Of a stretch of DNA of 64,000 nucleotides, positions 32,379 through 42,043 are shown piece after piece. Positions within the stretch are counted from its first letter, which is position 1; every line of letters starts with the position of its first letter. Both the position numbers and the translations under genes were made by a program. This DNA is from Candidatus Methylomirabilota bacterium. GTDB taxonomy: Bacteria; Methylomirabilota; Methylomirabilia; Rokubacteriales; CSP1-6. The notes beneath the pieces are model-generated. The model was given only the letters and a program-made list of their open reading frames with translations, had not been told where the DNA came from and ran no database searches. The stretch spans positions 2,334-66,333 of the forward strand of contig JBKPAK010000112.1 in assembly GCA_046726415.1 (NCBI GenBank). Direction: 5' to 3'.

Positions 32379-33211
32379 CGCCGCTGCTCCAGGCGAGCGG
32401 GGTGACCAAACGCTTCGGCGGACTCACCGCCGTCAGCAGCGTGGACTTCGCCCTGGACGGCGGGATCACATCCATCATCGGTCCCAACGGGGCCGGAAAG
32501 ACAACGCTCTTCAACATCTTCACCGGCCTCTACGCGCCCGACGCCGGCGAGGTGCGGTTTCGCGGCGAGATCCTGGCCGGCCGGCGCCCCGACCAGATCA
32601 CCGGGCTCGGCGTGTGCCGGACGTTCCAGAACATCCGCCTCTTCGGCAACATGACGGTGATCGAGAACGTCCTGGTGGGGATGCATGCGCGCATTCGCCT
32701 CGGGCTGTGGGATGTGCTGGTGCGCGGCCCCCGTTTCCGCCGCGCGGAGAGTCAATCGTGGGAGCGAGGCGCGATGCTGCTCGAGCGCGTCGGACTCCGC
32801 GCCCACGCCAACCACGTCGCCCGGAACCTTCCCTACGGCGACCAGCGCCGCCTGGAGATCGCGCGCGCGCTCGCCTCAGAGCCCGCCGTCCTTCTGCTCG
32901 ACGAGCCCACCGCCGGAATGACCCAGAACGAGGCGCGCCGCTTGATGGGTCTGCTCCGAGGCCTGGTCGCCGACCTCGGCCTGGCCATCGTGCTCATCGA
33001 GCACAACATGCGCGTGGTCATGGAGGTCTCCGATCGGGTGACGGTCTTGGACCACGGGGAGAAAATCGCCGAGGGCCGGCCGGGGGAGGTGCGGGCCGAC
33101 ACGCGCGTGATCGAGGCCTACCTGGGGCGCGGCAGCAGTGCGGGTCGGACCACCGAGCGGCCTCGGCTGAGCGTTGACCGGCCGTCGGGAGCAGCCTCTG
33201 CTGAGCGTTGA
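32375..33211 (+). CDS. livG: ABC transporter ATP-binding protein, LivG family (with atypical C-terminal extension)
   Basis: GPNGAGKTTLFN Walker A, LSGGQ-like, Walker B; GTG start overlaps livM stop (GTGA); the last ~25 aa (GSSAGRTTERPRLSVDRPSGAASAER) extend past the usual ...EAYLG end and into livF. Confidence 0.88.
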   Translation: MTPLLQASGVTKRFGGLTAVSSVDFALDGGITSIIGPNGAGKTTLFNIFTGLYAPDAGEVRFRGEILAGRRPDQITGLGVCRTFQNIRLFGNMTVIENVLVGMHARIRLGLWDVLVRGPRFRRAESQSWERGAMLLERVGLRAHANHVARNLPYGDQRRLEIARALASEPAVLLLDEPTAGMTQNEARRLMGLLRGLVADLGLAIVLIEHNMRVVMEVSDRVTVLDHGEKIAEGRPGEVRADTRVIEAYLGRGSSAGRTTERPRLSVDRPSGAASAER

Positions 33212-33212
33212 C
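33161..33212 (+). repeat. 18-bp near-exact direct repeat (cctcNgctgagcgttgac) with 34-bp period at livG/livF junction
   Basis: Copies at 33161-33178 and 33195-33212; copy 1 contains livF TTG start (33174), copy 2 contains livG TGA stop (33209-11), producing a 38-nt gene overlap. Confidence 0.7.
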
Positions 33213-33899
33213 GCCTTGCACGTCTACTACGGGGAAATCCACGCCCTCAAGGGCGTAGCCTTCCGCGTGGAGCGCGGCGAGATCGTGGCCCTGCTCGGCA
33301 ACAATGGCGCCGGCAAAACCACGACGCTCAAGACCGTGTCCGGACTGCTGACCCCGAGGACAGGGGGCGTGGCCCTGGAGGGAGAGCAGCTCACCGGCCG
33401 TCCCCCGCACGAGGTCGTCCTGAAGGGGATCGCTCACGTCCCCGAGGGGCGACGGATTTTCAATCGACTGACCGTGCGCGAGAATCTGCTGATGGGCGCC
33501 TATCGCCGGCGCGACACCGGAATCGCCAGCGATTTCGAACGCGCCCTCGCGCTTTTCCCGCGATTGCGCGAACGGCTTGCCCAGATCGCCGGCACCCTCT
33601 CGGGCGGGGAACAGCAGATGCTGGCCATCGCGCGCGCCCTCATGACGAACCCTCGGCTGCTACTCCTGGACGAGCCGAGCATGGGGCTCGCCCCTGTCCT
33701 CGTGGAACAGATATTCCAGACCATCAGTGACATCAACCGCGAGGGCACGACGATCCTGCTCGTCGAGCAGAACGCCGCCATGGCCCTCGCCCTCGCTCAT
33801 CGGGCGTACGTGCTGGAAACCGGCACCGTCATGCTCTCGGGTCCCGCCAGCGCGCTGGCCCAGAACCCCGAGGTCCGGCGCATCTACCTCGGCGAGTAG
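33174..33899 (+). CDS. livF: ABC transporter ATP-binding protein, LivF family
   Basis: LLSVDALHVYYGEIHALKGVAF..., GNNGAGKTTT Walker A; start (TTG 33174) uncertain, a start near 33199-33205 would better match canonical LivF N-termini. Confidence 0.85.
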   Translation: MTGRREQPLLSVDALHVYYGEIHALKGVAFRVERGEIVALLGNNGAGKTTTLKTVSGLLTPRTGGVALEGEQLTGRPPHEVVLKGIAHVPEGRRIFNRLTVRENLLMGAYRRRDTGIASDFERALALFPRLRERLAQIAGTLSGGEQQMLAIARALMTNPRLLLLDEPSMGLAPVLVEQIFQTISDINREGTTILLVEQNAAMALALAHRAYVLETGTVMLSGPASALAQNPEVRRIYLGE

Positions 33900-33900
33900 C

Positions 33901-34049
33901 CGCAGGACGCAGGGTGAGCCACAGGTCGAGGCGAGCTAGGACGCAGGGCGAGCCGCAGGTCGTCGCAGGGCCGGGGCCCCGCCGTCCGAGGCGAGCTAGG
34001 ACGCAGGGCGAGCCGCAGGTCGTCGCGGGGCTGGGGCCCCGCCGTCCGA
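33901..34049. repeat. 60-bp tandem repeat x ~2.5 (units 33930-33989 and 33990-34049, 2 mismatches; partial copy 33901-33929)
   Basis: Read directly; each unit contains a GGGGCCCC palindrome core; intergenic between livF and maoC (translating it yields the repeated peptide RRARTQGEPQVVAG, so the upstream extension of the MaoC ORF was rejected). Confidence 0.85.
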
Positions 34050-34072
34050 GGAGAGTAGGAAAGGAAGACGGG

Positions 34073-34528
34073 ATGCACATGCCGGGACTGACCTATGAGG
34101 CCCACACCGTCGGAGCGAAGTACCAGACCCACGGCCGGACGGTCTCCGAGACCGACATCGTCACCTTCGTCAATCTCTGCGGCTTCACCGAGCCGCTCTT
34201 CATGGACATGGAGTACCTCGCCCGCGAGTCGATGTTCGCGCGCCGCGCGGCCCCGGGCGCGCTGACCTTCGCGCTCTCCGAGGGGCTGATCATCCAGACC
34301 GGGATCATTCACGGAACCGGCATGGCGTATCTGGGTGGTGAGATGCGAGTGGTGGCGCCCGTGCTGGAGGGAGACACCATCCGCGTCGAGGTCGAGGTCA
34401 CGGCCAAGCGGGAGACGAAAAAGTCCGATCGGGGCATCGTCACCTACACCCACCGAGTGACCAACCAGCGCGGCGAGCTGGTACTCGAGGCCAAGCTCTC
34501 GCGGATGATCAGGCGCGAGAAGGTGTAA
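34073..34528 (+). CDS. MaoC-like (R)-specific enoyl-CoA hydratase / hotdog-fold dehydratase
   Basis: Hotdog-fold MaoC pattern (ETDIVTFVNLCGFTEPLFMD..., RVTNQRGELVLEAK); ATG 34073 preceded by SD aggaaaggaag. Confidence 0.8.
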   Translation: MHMPGLTYEAHTVGAKYQTHGRTVSETDIVTFVNLCGFTEPLFMDMEYLARESMFARRAAPGALTFALSEGLIIQTGIIHGTGMAYLGGEMRVVAPVLEGDTIRVEVEVTAKRETKKSDRGIVTYTHRVTNQRGELVLEAKLSRMIRREKV

Positions 34529-34549
34529 TCCGGCCTGGGTCCAAAGGCG

Positions 34550-35473
34550 TCAGGCCCGCGGATGGAACTGGCGGTACATCTTGTGAATGGTCGCCGAGGG
34601 GAGATATGTGTAGACCTGGGTGGTGCTGATGTCGGCGTGACCCAGCATGGTCTGCACCGCCCGGAGATCGGCGCCGCCTTCGAGCAGGTGGCTTGCGAAG
34701 CAGTGGCGCAGCGTGTGGGGGGAGACGCGTGCGCGGATCCCCGCGGTCCGGGCCGCGCGGCGGACGATCTGCCAAAGGGCCTGCCGGGTGAGCCCCCCAG
34801 CGCGCGGGCTCAGGAAGAGGCGCCCCGGATCGCGGCGTCCACGCAGGAGTCGGGGGCGAATCTCTAGATAGCGGCGAATCCAGAGGAGTGCCTCCTCTCC
34901 CACGGGGACGATGCGCTCTTTCCTGGCCTTGCCCAGGCACTGGACGTAGCCCGCGTTGAGGTTGACGTCGCCCGCGGCCAGGCTCAGGCATTCCGTCGCC
35001 CGCAATCCGCTCGCGTAGAGCAGCTCGAGCAGGGCGCGATCGCGGAGACCGCGCGGCGTGGAGACGTCTGGCGCTTCGACCAGCGCCGCGGTGGCTTGAG
35101 GGGAGAGCGTCTTCGGCAGCGGGCGGGGCAAGCGGGGGCGCTCGATGTGCTCGGTGGGATCCCGGCGGATCTGGCCCTCCTGGCCCAGATGACGGAAGAA
35201 TCCCCGCGCCGCGGCGAGACGGCGGGCCACCGTAGACGGCTTCCTCCCAGCTCGCCGCAGGGCATCCATCCAGTCGATGATGTCTTCGGGTGACGCCGAG
35301 GTGAGCGAGCGCCCCTCGCGGCGCAGACGAGTGGCCAGATCGCACAGATCGCGTCGGTAAGCGGCGACGGTGTTGCGCGAAACACCCTGCTCGGTTTGCA
35401 GGGCGGCGAGGAAGTCGGCGATGGCCGGTTCGCGTGCGACAGCATCCCCCTCCAAAGCGCGCGAACTCGCCAT
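34550..35473 (-). CDS. tyrosine recombinase, XerC/XerD family
   Basis: N-terminal SAM-like domain; C-terminal catalytic ...HTLRHCFASHLLEGGADLRAVQTMLGHADISTTQVYTYL with Arg-His-Arg-Tyr residues. Confidence 0.85.
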   Translation of the reverse strand: MASSRALEGDAVAREPAIADFLAALQTEQGVSRNTVAAYRRDLCDLATRLRREGRSLTSASPEDIIDWMDALRRAGRKPSTVARRLAAARGFFRHLGQEGQIRRDPTEHIERPRLPRPLPKTLSPQATAALVEAPDVSTPRGLRDRALLELLYASGLRATECLSLAAGDVNLNAGYVQCLGKARKERIVPVGEEALLWIRRYLEIRPRLLRGRRDPGRLFLSPRAGGLTRQALWQIVRRAARTAGIRARVSPHTLRHCFASHLLEGGADLRAVQTMLGHADISTTQVYTYLPSATIHKMYRQFHPRA

Positions 35474-35672
35474 GACGCCAGCCTATCAAGGCGACCCGCC
35501 GTCGCTGGCATTTCGAGGGGGCGCTATGGCGCCGCGATGAGCGAAGCCCATCGACGTGATGGGGCCACGCGGACGGCGTTCCTCTCTGGCATTCGCCAGA
35601 AGCGTCGGCCCCCCCGATCCGTTTCGTCGCCTGCGCCGGGTGGGGCGCTTCGGCGATGGTACACTCGTCGGC

Positions 35673-38600
35673 ATGTCCGCACGGCTCGGAGTCGACGTCG
35701 GTGGGACCTTCACGGATCTCGTGGTCATCGACGAATCGACGGGCTCACTCCGAGTCGGGAAGGTTCTCACCACCCCCAAGGATCCGGCTCACGCGGTGGA
35801 GGCGGGCAGCGTCTCCCTCCTCGGCGAGGCGGCCGTCGCGGTCGCCGATGTGCGGGCCGTCGTCCACGGGACGACGCTCGCCACCAATGCCCTCATCGAG
35901 CGCAAGGGCGCCCGCACCGCCCTGCTCACCACCGAGGGCTTCCGCGACGCCGTGGAGATTCGTCATGAGGGGCGTTACGACATGTACGATCTTTTCATCG
36001 AGCCGCCGGCGCCCCTCGTTCCGCGCCACCTGCGCCGAGAAGTCCCCGAGCGTCTGCTCGCCGACGGGAGCGTTCTTCGACCGCTCGACGAGGAGGTGGC
36101 CCGTCGCGTAATCCGCGCCGTTCTCGACGAGGGCGTGGAAGCCGTGGCCATCTGTCTGCTGCATGCCTATGTCAACCCCGTCCACGAGCGACGGCTGGCC
36201 GAGCTCGTGCGTGAATTCAGTCCCGCCCTTCCGGTGTCGTGTTCGTCGGACGTCGTCCCCGAGATCCGCGAGTACGAGCGGGCGTCGACGACCGCGGCCA
36301 ATGTCTACGTTGCGCCATTGATGGCGCGCTACATCGCCGATCTCGAGTCGCGCCTCGTCGAGCGCAGCATTTCGGGACAGCTCTACATCATGCAGTCGTC
36401 CGGAGGGATAGCGCTTCCGCCGGTGGCTCGGCGACTTCCCATTCGCCTCGTGGAATCTGGTCCCGCGGCCGGGGCTCTGGCGGCGGCCCAAGCCGCCCGC
36501 CAGCGCGGCGAGCTCCGCATGCTGTCCTTCGACATGGGGGGGACGACGGCCAAGGCGTGCGTGATCGATGACGGCGCCCCGCTGGTGGCCCGCGAGTTCG
36601 AGGTGGCCCGCGCCGATCGCTTCAAGAGGGGCTCGGGCCTGCCCGTGCGCGTGCCCGTCATCGAGCTGATCGAGATCGGCGCCGGCGGTGGTTCCCTCGC
36701 CCGCGTGGATCGGCTCGGGCTCCTGAAAGTCGGCCCCGACAGCGCCGGTGCCGATCCCGGCCCGGCGTGCTACAACCTCGGCGGACGCCTGCCGACCGTC
36801 ACGGACGCCGACCTGTTGCTCGGCTATCTCGACGCCGACTTCTTTCTGGGCGGCCGCATGCCGCTCGACCGCGAGGCCGCCCGGCGGGCCATCGAGGAAC
36901 ACGTGGCTCGGCCGCTCGGGCTCGACGTGGTCGAGGCCGCGCGCGGGATCCACCGCGTGGTCAACGAGAACATGGCGGCCGCCGCCCGCATCCATGGCGC
37001 CGAGCGCGGGAAGGATCTGCGGAACTACCCGCTCTTCGCCTTCGGCGGCGCCGGCCCGGTGCACTGCTGGCAGGTGGCCCGCATCCTCGGGATTCCGCGC
37101 ATCCTGCTGCCCTTCGGCGCGGGCGCCATCTCTGCATACGGACTGCTCGCCGCGCCCCTCGCCTTCGATTTCGTCCGCACCACCCGGCAGCGGCTGGACA
37201 AAGCGGACTGGCGCGCGATCAATGACCTGTTCGACGGGATGGAGTCGGAAGGCCGGGCGCTCCTCGTGCGGGCAGGCGTGCGGGAAGACGACATCCGCGT
37301 CGCCCGGATCGCGGAGATGCGGTACGTGGGTCAAGGACACGAGGTGGAGGCGACCATTCCCGCCGGCGTCCTCGACGCGAACCAACTCGCGACCATCACC
37401 GCCAGTTTCGAGACGGCCTACCGCGCCCTCTATCATCGCCTGCCGCAGGGTATGGCCATCGAGGCTCTCAACTGGCGGGTCACGGTGTCGGGCCCGGCGC
37501 CCGCCATGCCCGCCGTGATGGTCACTGCGCGCCGGCGCGCCCATGAGGCCGTGAAGGGGCGGCGCCCGGCGTATTTCGAGGAGGCCGGAGGGTTCGTGGA
37601 GACTCCGGTGTACGACCGTTACGCGCTCGCCCCGGGCGATCGCTTCGGGGGACCCGCCATCGTGGAGGAACGCGAGTCCACCGCTGTCATCGGACCCGGC
37701 GCCGAGTGCCGTGTCGACGACGCCCTCGCCCTCATCGTGAAGCCATCGGCCGTGGGGGAAGCCACCGGGCGGCACCGGGTGACCAGGCGAGCCGCCGCGC
37801 GGACCGGGGCCCTGAGGGGCGAGCCAAGCCCATCGATGCGATGGCCACGCCGGCCGAGCCGAACCGGCGACATGATGGATCCCGTCACCCTCGAGGTCTG
37901 CTGGAGCCGTCTCATCGGGGTGGTCAACGAGCAGGCAGCGGCCCTGCAGCGCACCTCCTTCACCTCGATCGTGCGCGAAGCCGGCGACCTCTCGGCCGGG
38001 GTCTTCGATCGGCGCGGCTACATGGTGGCCCAGGCCGTGACGGGCACGCCGGGGCACATCAACTCGATGGCGCTGGCCATGCGGCACTTCCTCGCCGCCT
38101 ATCCCCTGGAAACCCTGCGCCCTGGCGATGTCCTGATCACCAACGATCCCTGGCAGACGTCGGGGCATCTCAACGACGTCACCATCTGCTCGCCCATCTT
38201 TCGGCGCGACGACTGCATCGCCTTCTTCATGTCCACCTGCCACACCGCCGACATCGGCGGCCACGTGCTGTCCGCGGAAGCCCGGGAGGTCTACGAGGAG
38301 GGGCTGCAGATCCCGATCATGAAACTCTACGACGCGGGAGAGCCCAACGAATCTCTGATGAAGATCATCCGTGCCAACGTCCGGCTGCCCGAGATGGTGC
38401 TGGGTGACTTCCACGCGCAGATGGCGGGCGGCGCCGTCGGGGGCGAGCGCCTCCTGGAGTTCATGGACGAGTTCGGCCTGTCGCGGCTGGAGCCCCTGTC
38501 CGATGCCATCATCGCGCGCACCGAGCGCGCCATGCGCGAGGCCATACGAGCCCTGCGGCCCGGCGCCTACGCGTACGAGATGATCTCCGACGGCTTCGAC

Positions 38601-39482
38601 GAACCCATTGCCATTCGGGTTCGCTGCGAGGCGCGGGGTGATGAGCTGCTCATCGACTACGCGGGTTCGTCTGCGGCCAGCCGGCGCGGGGTGAACGTCG
38701 TCATGAATTATACCGAGGCGTACACGACCTACGGGGTCAAGGTCGTCGTCAGCCCGGACGTGCCCAACAACGAGGGCGCGTTCCGGCCCCTGCGCATCAC
38801 CGCGCCCGCGGACTGTATCCTGAACGCGCAGCGGCCGGCGGCGGTGGCGGCCCGCCACGTCATCGGCCATTTTCTGCCCCACGTGATCGCCGGTGCGCTC
38901 GGTCAGGCGCAGCCGGAGCGGGTCATGGCGGAGGGTTCGGCCAACATCTGGGGAATCCAGATTTCCGGGAAGGATCTCGCCGATTGGCCGTTCAGCTACG
39001 TCTTCTTCTCCTCGGGAGGCACCGGCGCTCGAGCCGGCAAGGATGGTCTCTCGGCGACCGCGTTTCCCTCTGGCGTGCTGGGGACCCCGGTAGAGGTCAT
39101 CGAGAATCTGTCTCCCCTCGTGCTGGAGCGGAAAGCGCTGCGCGACAATTCGGGTGGTAGTGGGAGGTATCGCGGCGGCCTCGGCCAGGTCATCAGCTTC
39201 CGGGTGCGCAGTCGCGAGCCGGTGGCCTGCTCGATTCTCGGCGATCGGACCCTGCGGCCCGCCCAGGGCTTTCAGGGGGGCGGCCCGGGCGCGCTCGGCG
39301 AAGTGCTCATCGACGGGGTGGCGCCGCACAATCCAAAGAGCGAGCAGCTCGTCGCGCCCGGAGCGCTGGTGGAAGTTCGGCTGCCGGGGGGAGGCGGGTA
39401 CGGGCCGCTCAGCGAGCGCGATGCCGAGTTGATCGCCGCCGACCTTCGTGAGGGTTACGCCACGATCTCCCCCTCCGCGTAG
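35673..39482 (+). CDS. fused hydantoinase/oxoprolinase HyuA-HyuB (N-terminal Hydant_A_N + Hydantoinase_A, C-terminal Hydantoinase_B; 1269 aa)
   Basis: MSARLGVDVGGTFTDLVV... (HyuA N-term), ...HyuB part begins MMDPVTLEVCWSRLIGVVNEQAA...; same domain order as the eukaryotic 5-oxoprolinase OPLAH; ~40-aa Arg/Pro-rich linker between halves. Confidence 0.9.
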   Translation: MSARLGVDVGGTFTDLVVIDESTGSLRVGKVLTTPKDPAHAVEAGSVSLLGEAAVAVADVRAVVHGTTLATNALIERKGARTALLTTEGFRDAVEIRHEGRYDMYDLFIEPPAPLVPRHLRREVPERLLADGSVLRPLDEEVARRVIRAVLDEGVEAVAICLLHAYVNPVHERRLAELVREFSPALPVSCSSDVVPEIREYERASTTAANVYVAPLMARYIADLESRLVERSISGQLYIMQSSGGIALPPVARRLPIRLVESGPAAGALAAAQAARQRGELRMLSFDMGGTTAKACVIDDGAPLVAREFEVARADRFKRGSGLPVRVPVIELIEIGAGGGSLARVDRLGLLKVGPDSAGADPGPACYNLGGRLPTVTDADLLLGYLDADFFLGGRMPLDREAARRAIEEHVARPLGLDVVEAARGIHRVVNENMAAAARIHGAERGKDLRNYPLFAFGGAGPVHCWQVARILGIPRILLPFGAGAISAYGLLAAPLAFDFVRTTRQRLDKADWRAINDLFDGMESEGRALLVRAGVREDDIRVARIAEMRYVGQGHEVEATIPAGVLDANQLATITASFETAYRALYHRLPQGMAIEALNWRVTVSGPAPAMPAVMVTARRRAHEAVKGRRPAYFEEAGGFVETPVYDRYALAPGDRFGGPAIVEERESTAVIGPGAECRVDDALALIVKPSAVGEATGRHRVTRRAAARTGALRGEPSPSMRWPRRPSRTGDMMDPVTLEVCWSRLIGVVNEQAAALQRTSFTSIVREAGDLSAGVFDRRGYMVAQAVTGTPGHINSMALAMRHFLAAYPLETLRPGDVLITNDPWQTSGHLNDVTICSPIFRRDDCIAFFMSTCHTADIGGHVLSAEAREVYEEGLQIPIMKLYDAGEPNESLMKIIRANVRLPEMVLGDFHAQMAGGAVGGERLLEFMDEFGLSRLEPLSDAIIARTERAMREAIRALRPGAYAYEMISDGFDEPIAIRVRCEARGDELLIDYAGSSAASRRGVNVVMNYTEAYTTYGVKVVVSPDVPNNEGAFRPLRITAPADCILNAQRPAAVAARHVIGHFLPHVIAGALGQAQPERVMAEGSANIWGIQISGKDLADWPFSYVFFSSGGTGARAGKDGLSATAFPSGVLGTPVEVIENLSPLVLERKALRDNSGGSGRYRGGLGQVISFRVRSREPVACSILGDRTLRPAQGFQGGGPGALGEVLIDGVAPHNPKSEQLVAPGALVEVRLPGGGGYGPLSERDAELIAADLREGYATISPSA

Positions 39483-40813
39483 ACACGGCGCTCTTCCAGG
39501 CCGCGCTGGAAGGTGAGGTACTCGTCGCGCGCCATGCGCGGCGGTCCGTGTCGGAGCACTTCGCGGGCGCCGGCAGCCCCGTCGGCGAGAAGATCGATCG
39601 CCATGGACGCCAACGCCTTGGCCGGAACCACGTAGGCGAGGAGCGGATCCACGATCGCGTAGTCGGCCCCGTGTCCCGTCCCTCGAGCCCCACCCACGTA
39701 CGGATGGAGGACAGGCATCAAGTGGCTCACGTCGCCCATGTCGGTGCAGCCCCCGCTATGGCCGACGCGCTTCACGTGCTCGGCGCCAACCAGAGCCGCC
39801 GCTGTGGTCGCGAACAAGCGCTCCATCGTCGGGTGATTGAGCAGCGGCAACGGACCGGGGACCGTCTCGATTTCCACGCTCGCCCCGAGCGCCAAGGCGC
39901 CCGCGCGGAGCGCGCGGTCCACCTTGCGGCTCGCGTCGACGATGCCCTCCGCCGTGCGGCCGCGCACGTACATCTCGAGGCGGGCCTCGCCCGGGATCAC
40001 GTTCACCTGCGAGCCTCCGTGGGTGAGGATCGGATGCACGCGGATGGCGTCGTCGTCGCGAAACGTCTCGCGCAGCGCGTTGATGGCCGTGAGCGCGAGC
40101 TGCGCCGCGTAAAGGGCGTTGATCCCCCGGTGCGGCGCGCTGCCCGCGTGGGCGGCACGCCCCACGAAACGCGCTGCCTTGCCGACGCGGCCGTTGTTGG
40201 AGGCCTGCAGCGAGGCCCGGCCGCCGTCGGCCCGCCACGACATGTGGATCATCATGGCGAGGTCGATGTCGTCGAAGTGGCCGAGCCGGATCAGCTCCTG
40301 CTTGCCGCTCAGGAACTCCAGTCGTCCGGCGCGCTTCTGGGCGAGCCGCCACTCGATGTCCCCGCCCTCCTCGGCGGGTACCGCGAAGAACACGACCCGG
40401 CCGGCCAGCTGCGCGAAGGCGTCGGCGTCGAGCAGACCCATGGCGGCCCCGAGCATCGCCGCCACTTGGGCGTTGTGTCCGCAGGCGTGGGCGGCCCCCG
40501 TGGCCGGATCGCGCTCCGGGTGCCCGGCCACCACGAGAGCGTCCAGTTCGCCGATCAGCGCGAAGGTCGGGCCGTCACCCGCGCGACCTCTCGCCTCGGC
40601 GCGCGTGCCGGTGAAGGCTAGCCCCGTGCGCGGGGCAAGCTCGAGCCGGCGGAAGGTCTCTTCGACGAGCCGCGCGGTTCGCTCCTCCTTGAAGCCCAGC
40701 TCCGGCGTCTTCCGGATTTGCTCGCCGAGGGCGATGATCTCCCCGGCTCGACGGTCGATGGCCGCGTGCACCCGGCGTGTCAACTCTTCCTTCGTCATGG
40801 CCTCTCCCCCCAA
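39455..40813 (-). CDS. M20D-family amidohydrolase (aminoacylase / hippurate hydrolase-like)
   Basis: GAAHACGHN metal-binding motif of M20D, ~450 aa; convergent with and overlapping the 3' end of the first hyuAB by 28 nt. Confidence 0.85.
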   Translation of the reverse strand: MGGEAMTKEELTRRVHAAIDRRAGEIIALGEQIRKTPELGFKEERTARLVEETFRRLELAPRTGLAFTGTRAEARGRAGDGPTFALIGELDALVVAGHPERDPATGAAHACGHNAQVAAMLGAAMGLLDADAFAQLAGRVVFFAVPAEEGGDIEWRLAQKRAGRLEFLSGKQELIRLGHFDDIDLAMMIHMSWRADGGRASLQASNNGRVGKAARFVGRAAHAGSAPHRGINALYAAQLALTAINALRETFRDDDAIRVHPILTHGGSQVNVIPGEARLEMYVRGRTAEGIVDASRKVDRALRAGALALGASVEIETVPGPLPLLNHPTMERLFATTAAALVGAEHVKRVGHSGGCTDMGDVSHLMPVLHPYVGGARGTGHGADYAIVDPLLAYVVPAKALASMAIDLLADGAAGAREVLRHGPPRMARDEYLTFQRGLEERRVYAEGEIVA

Positions 40814-40927
40814 GATCTCGCCTGCGGCCGGTGGCCGTCACCTTGACGGACGCCCCGCCGCAGACAACAATACGTCACCCTCGCAACGGCGCGGTCGGAC
40901 TTCCCTGCTGACAACGGAGGCCATCTG

Positions 40928-42007
40928 ATGAGTGTCGATCCCCGTTCGGCAGTCCCCCACGTCCCCGTCGGCCGTCGGCGCTTTCTCCGCACCACCCTGA
41001 CCGGCGGCGTCGTCCTGGCCGGCCGCGGCCGCGCTGCGTGGGCGCAGCAATCCGGCACCTTGATCGTCACGAGTTACGGCGGGCCATGGGAACAGTTCAT
41101 GCGCAGCGCGATCGTCCCCGCCTTCGAGAAGGAACACCCGGGCCTCAAGATCGAGCTGGCCATCGGCCTCTCCAAGGACTGGATCGCGAAGCTCAAGGCG
41201 GCCGGCAAGCAGAATCCGCCGTACGACATCGTCATCACCAACGAGGTGTGGGCGGCGCCGCTCCGGGCCGACGGCTACTATGCGAAGCTGGTTGGGGTGT
41301 CCAACCTGAAGGACGTCGCGCCGAACCTCCGCATCAAGGACGACACCGGCGTGCTCGCCCTGGTGGGGCCGATCGGCCTCGCCTATCGGACCGACAAGAT
41401 CAAGACGGCACCCAAGGCGTGGAAGGATCTGTGGACGGTACCCGAATACAAAGGCAAGATCGGCATCTACAATATCGTCAACTCCGCTGGGCAAATGTTC
41501 GTCTGCCTTACCTCGAAGATCTGGACGGGCTCCGACAAGGACATCGACACCGGATACAAGAAGATCGCGGAGCTGAAGCCGTTCAAGCAGACCGATTTCT
41601 CGGGCGACATGGAGAAGCTGCTCATCCAGGGTGAGGTGCTGATCGGCATTCTCGACATGCCGGCGGCCATCCGGCTGCAGAAGGCCGGTGCCCCCATCGG
41701 GTGGGTGGGGCCGTCGGACGGCCTCATCATGTTCGAGCAGGATGTGGCGGTCACCGGGGGGTCGAAGAACAAGCCCGCCGCCTTCAGCTACGTCAACTGG
41801 ATGCTGAAGAAGGAGACACAGGAGATGTGGCTGCGCCAGTTCTACTGGCTGCCCGCCAACACCCAGGTGAAGATGCCGGATGATCTCCGTCCGCTCTTTG
41901 GCGCCACCCAGGCCGACATCCCCAAAATTCTCTTGTGGGACTGGCTATGGATCAACGACCAGCGCGCCAAGCTCGTCGACCGCTGGAACCGGGAGATGTC
42001 GAACTAG
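40928..42007 (+). CDS. ABC transporter periplasmic substrate-binding protein, PotD/PotF-like, Tat signal
   Basis: Twin-arginine signal RRRFLRTTLTGGVVLAGRGRAAWA; PBP type-II fold. Confidence 0.85.
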   Translation: MSVDPRSAVPHVPVGRRRFLRTTLTGGVVLAGRGRAAWAQQSGTLIVTSYGGPWEQFMRSAIVPAFEKEHPGLKIELAIGLSKDWIAKLKAAGKQNPPYDIVITNEVWAAPLRADGYYAKLVGVSNLKDVAPNLRIKDDTGVLALVGPIGLAYRTDKIKTAPKAWKDLWTVPEYKGKIGIYNIVNSAGQMFVCLTSKIWTGSDKDIDTGYKKIAELKPFKQTDFSGDMEKLLIQGEVLIGILDMPAAIRLQKAGAPIGWVGPSDGLIMFEQDVAVTGGSKNKPAAFSYVNWMLKKETQEMWLRQFYWLPANTQVKMPDDLRPLFGATQADIPKILLWDWLWINDQRAKLVDRWNREMSN

Positions 42008-42043
42008 TTCGCGAGAGCGCGGAGAGGTCGAGTTCGGCGCCAC

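Noticed and set aside
33914-34072. Upstream extension of the MaoC ORF encoding RRARTQGEPQVVAG twice
   Set aside because: Corresponds to the 60-bp tandem repeat; canonical MaoC N-terminus begins at ATG 34073, which has a Shine-Dalgarno.
35474-35672. sigma-54 promoter upstream of the first hyuAB (two TGGCAT motifs)
   Set aside because: Neither TGGCAT is followed by a GC at the -12 position with correct spacing.
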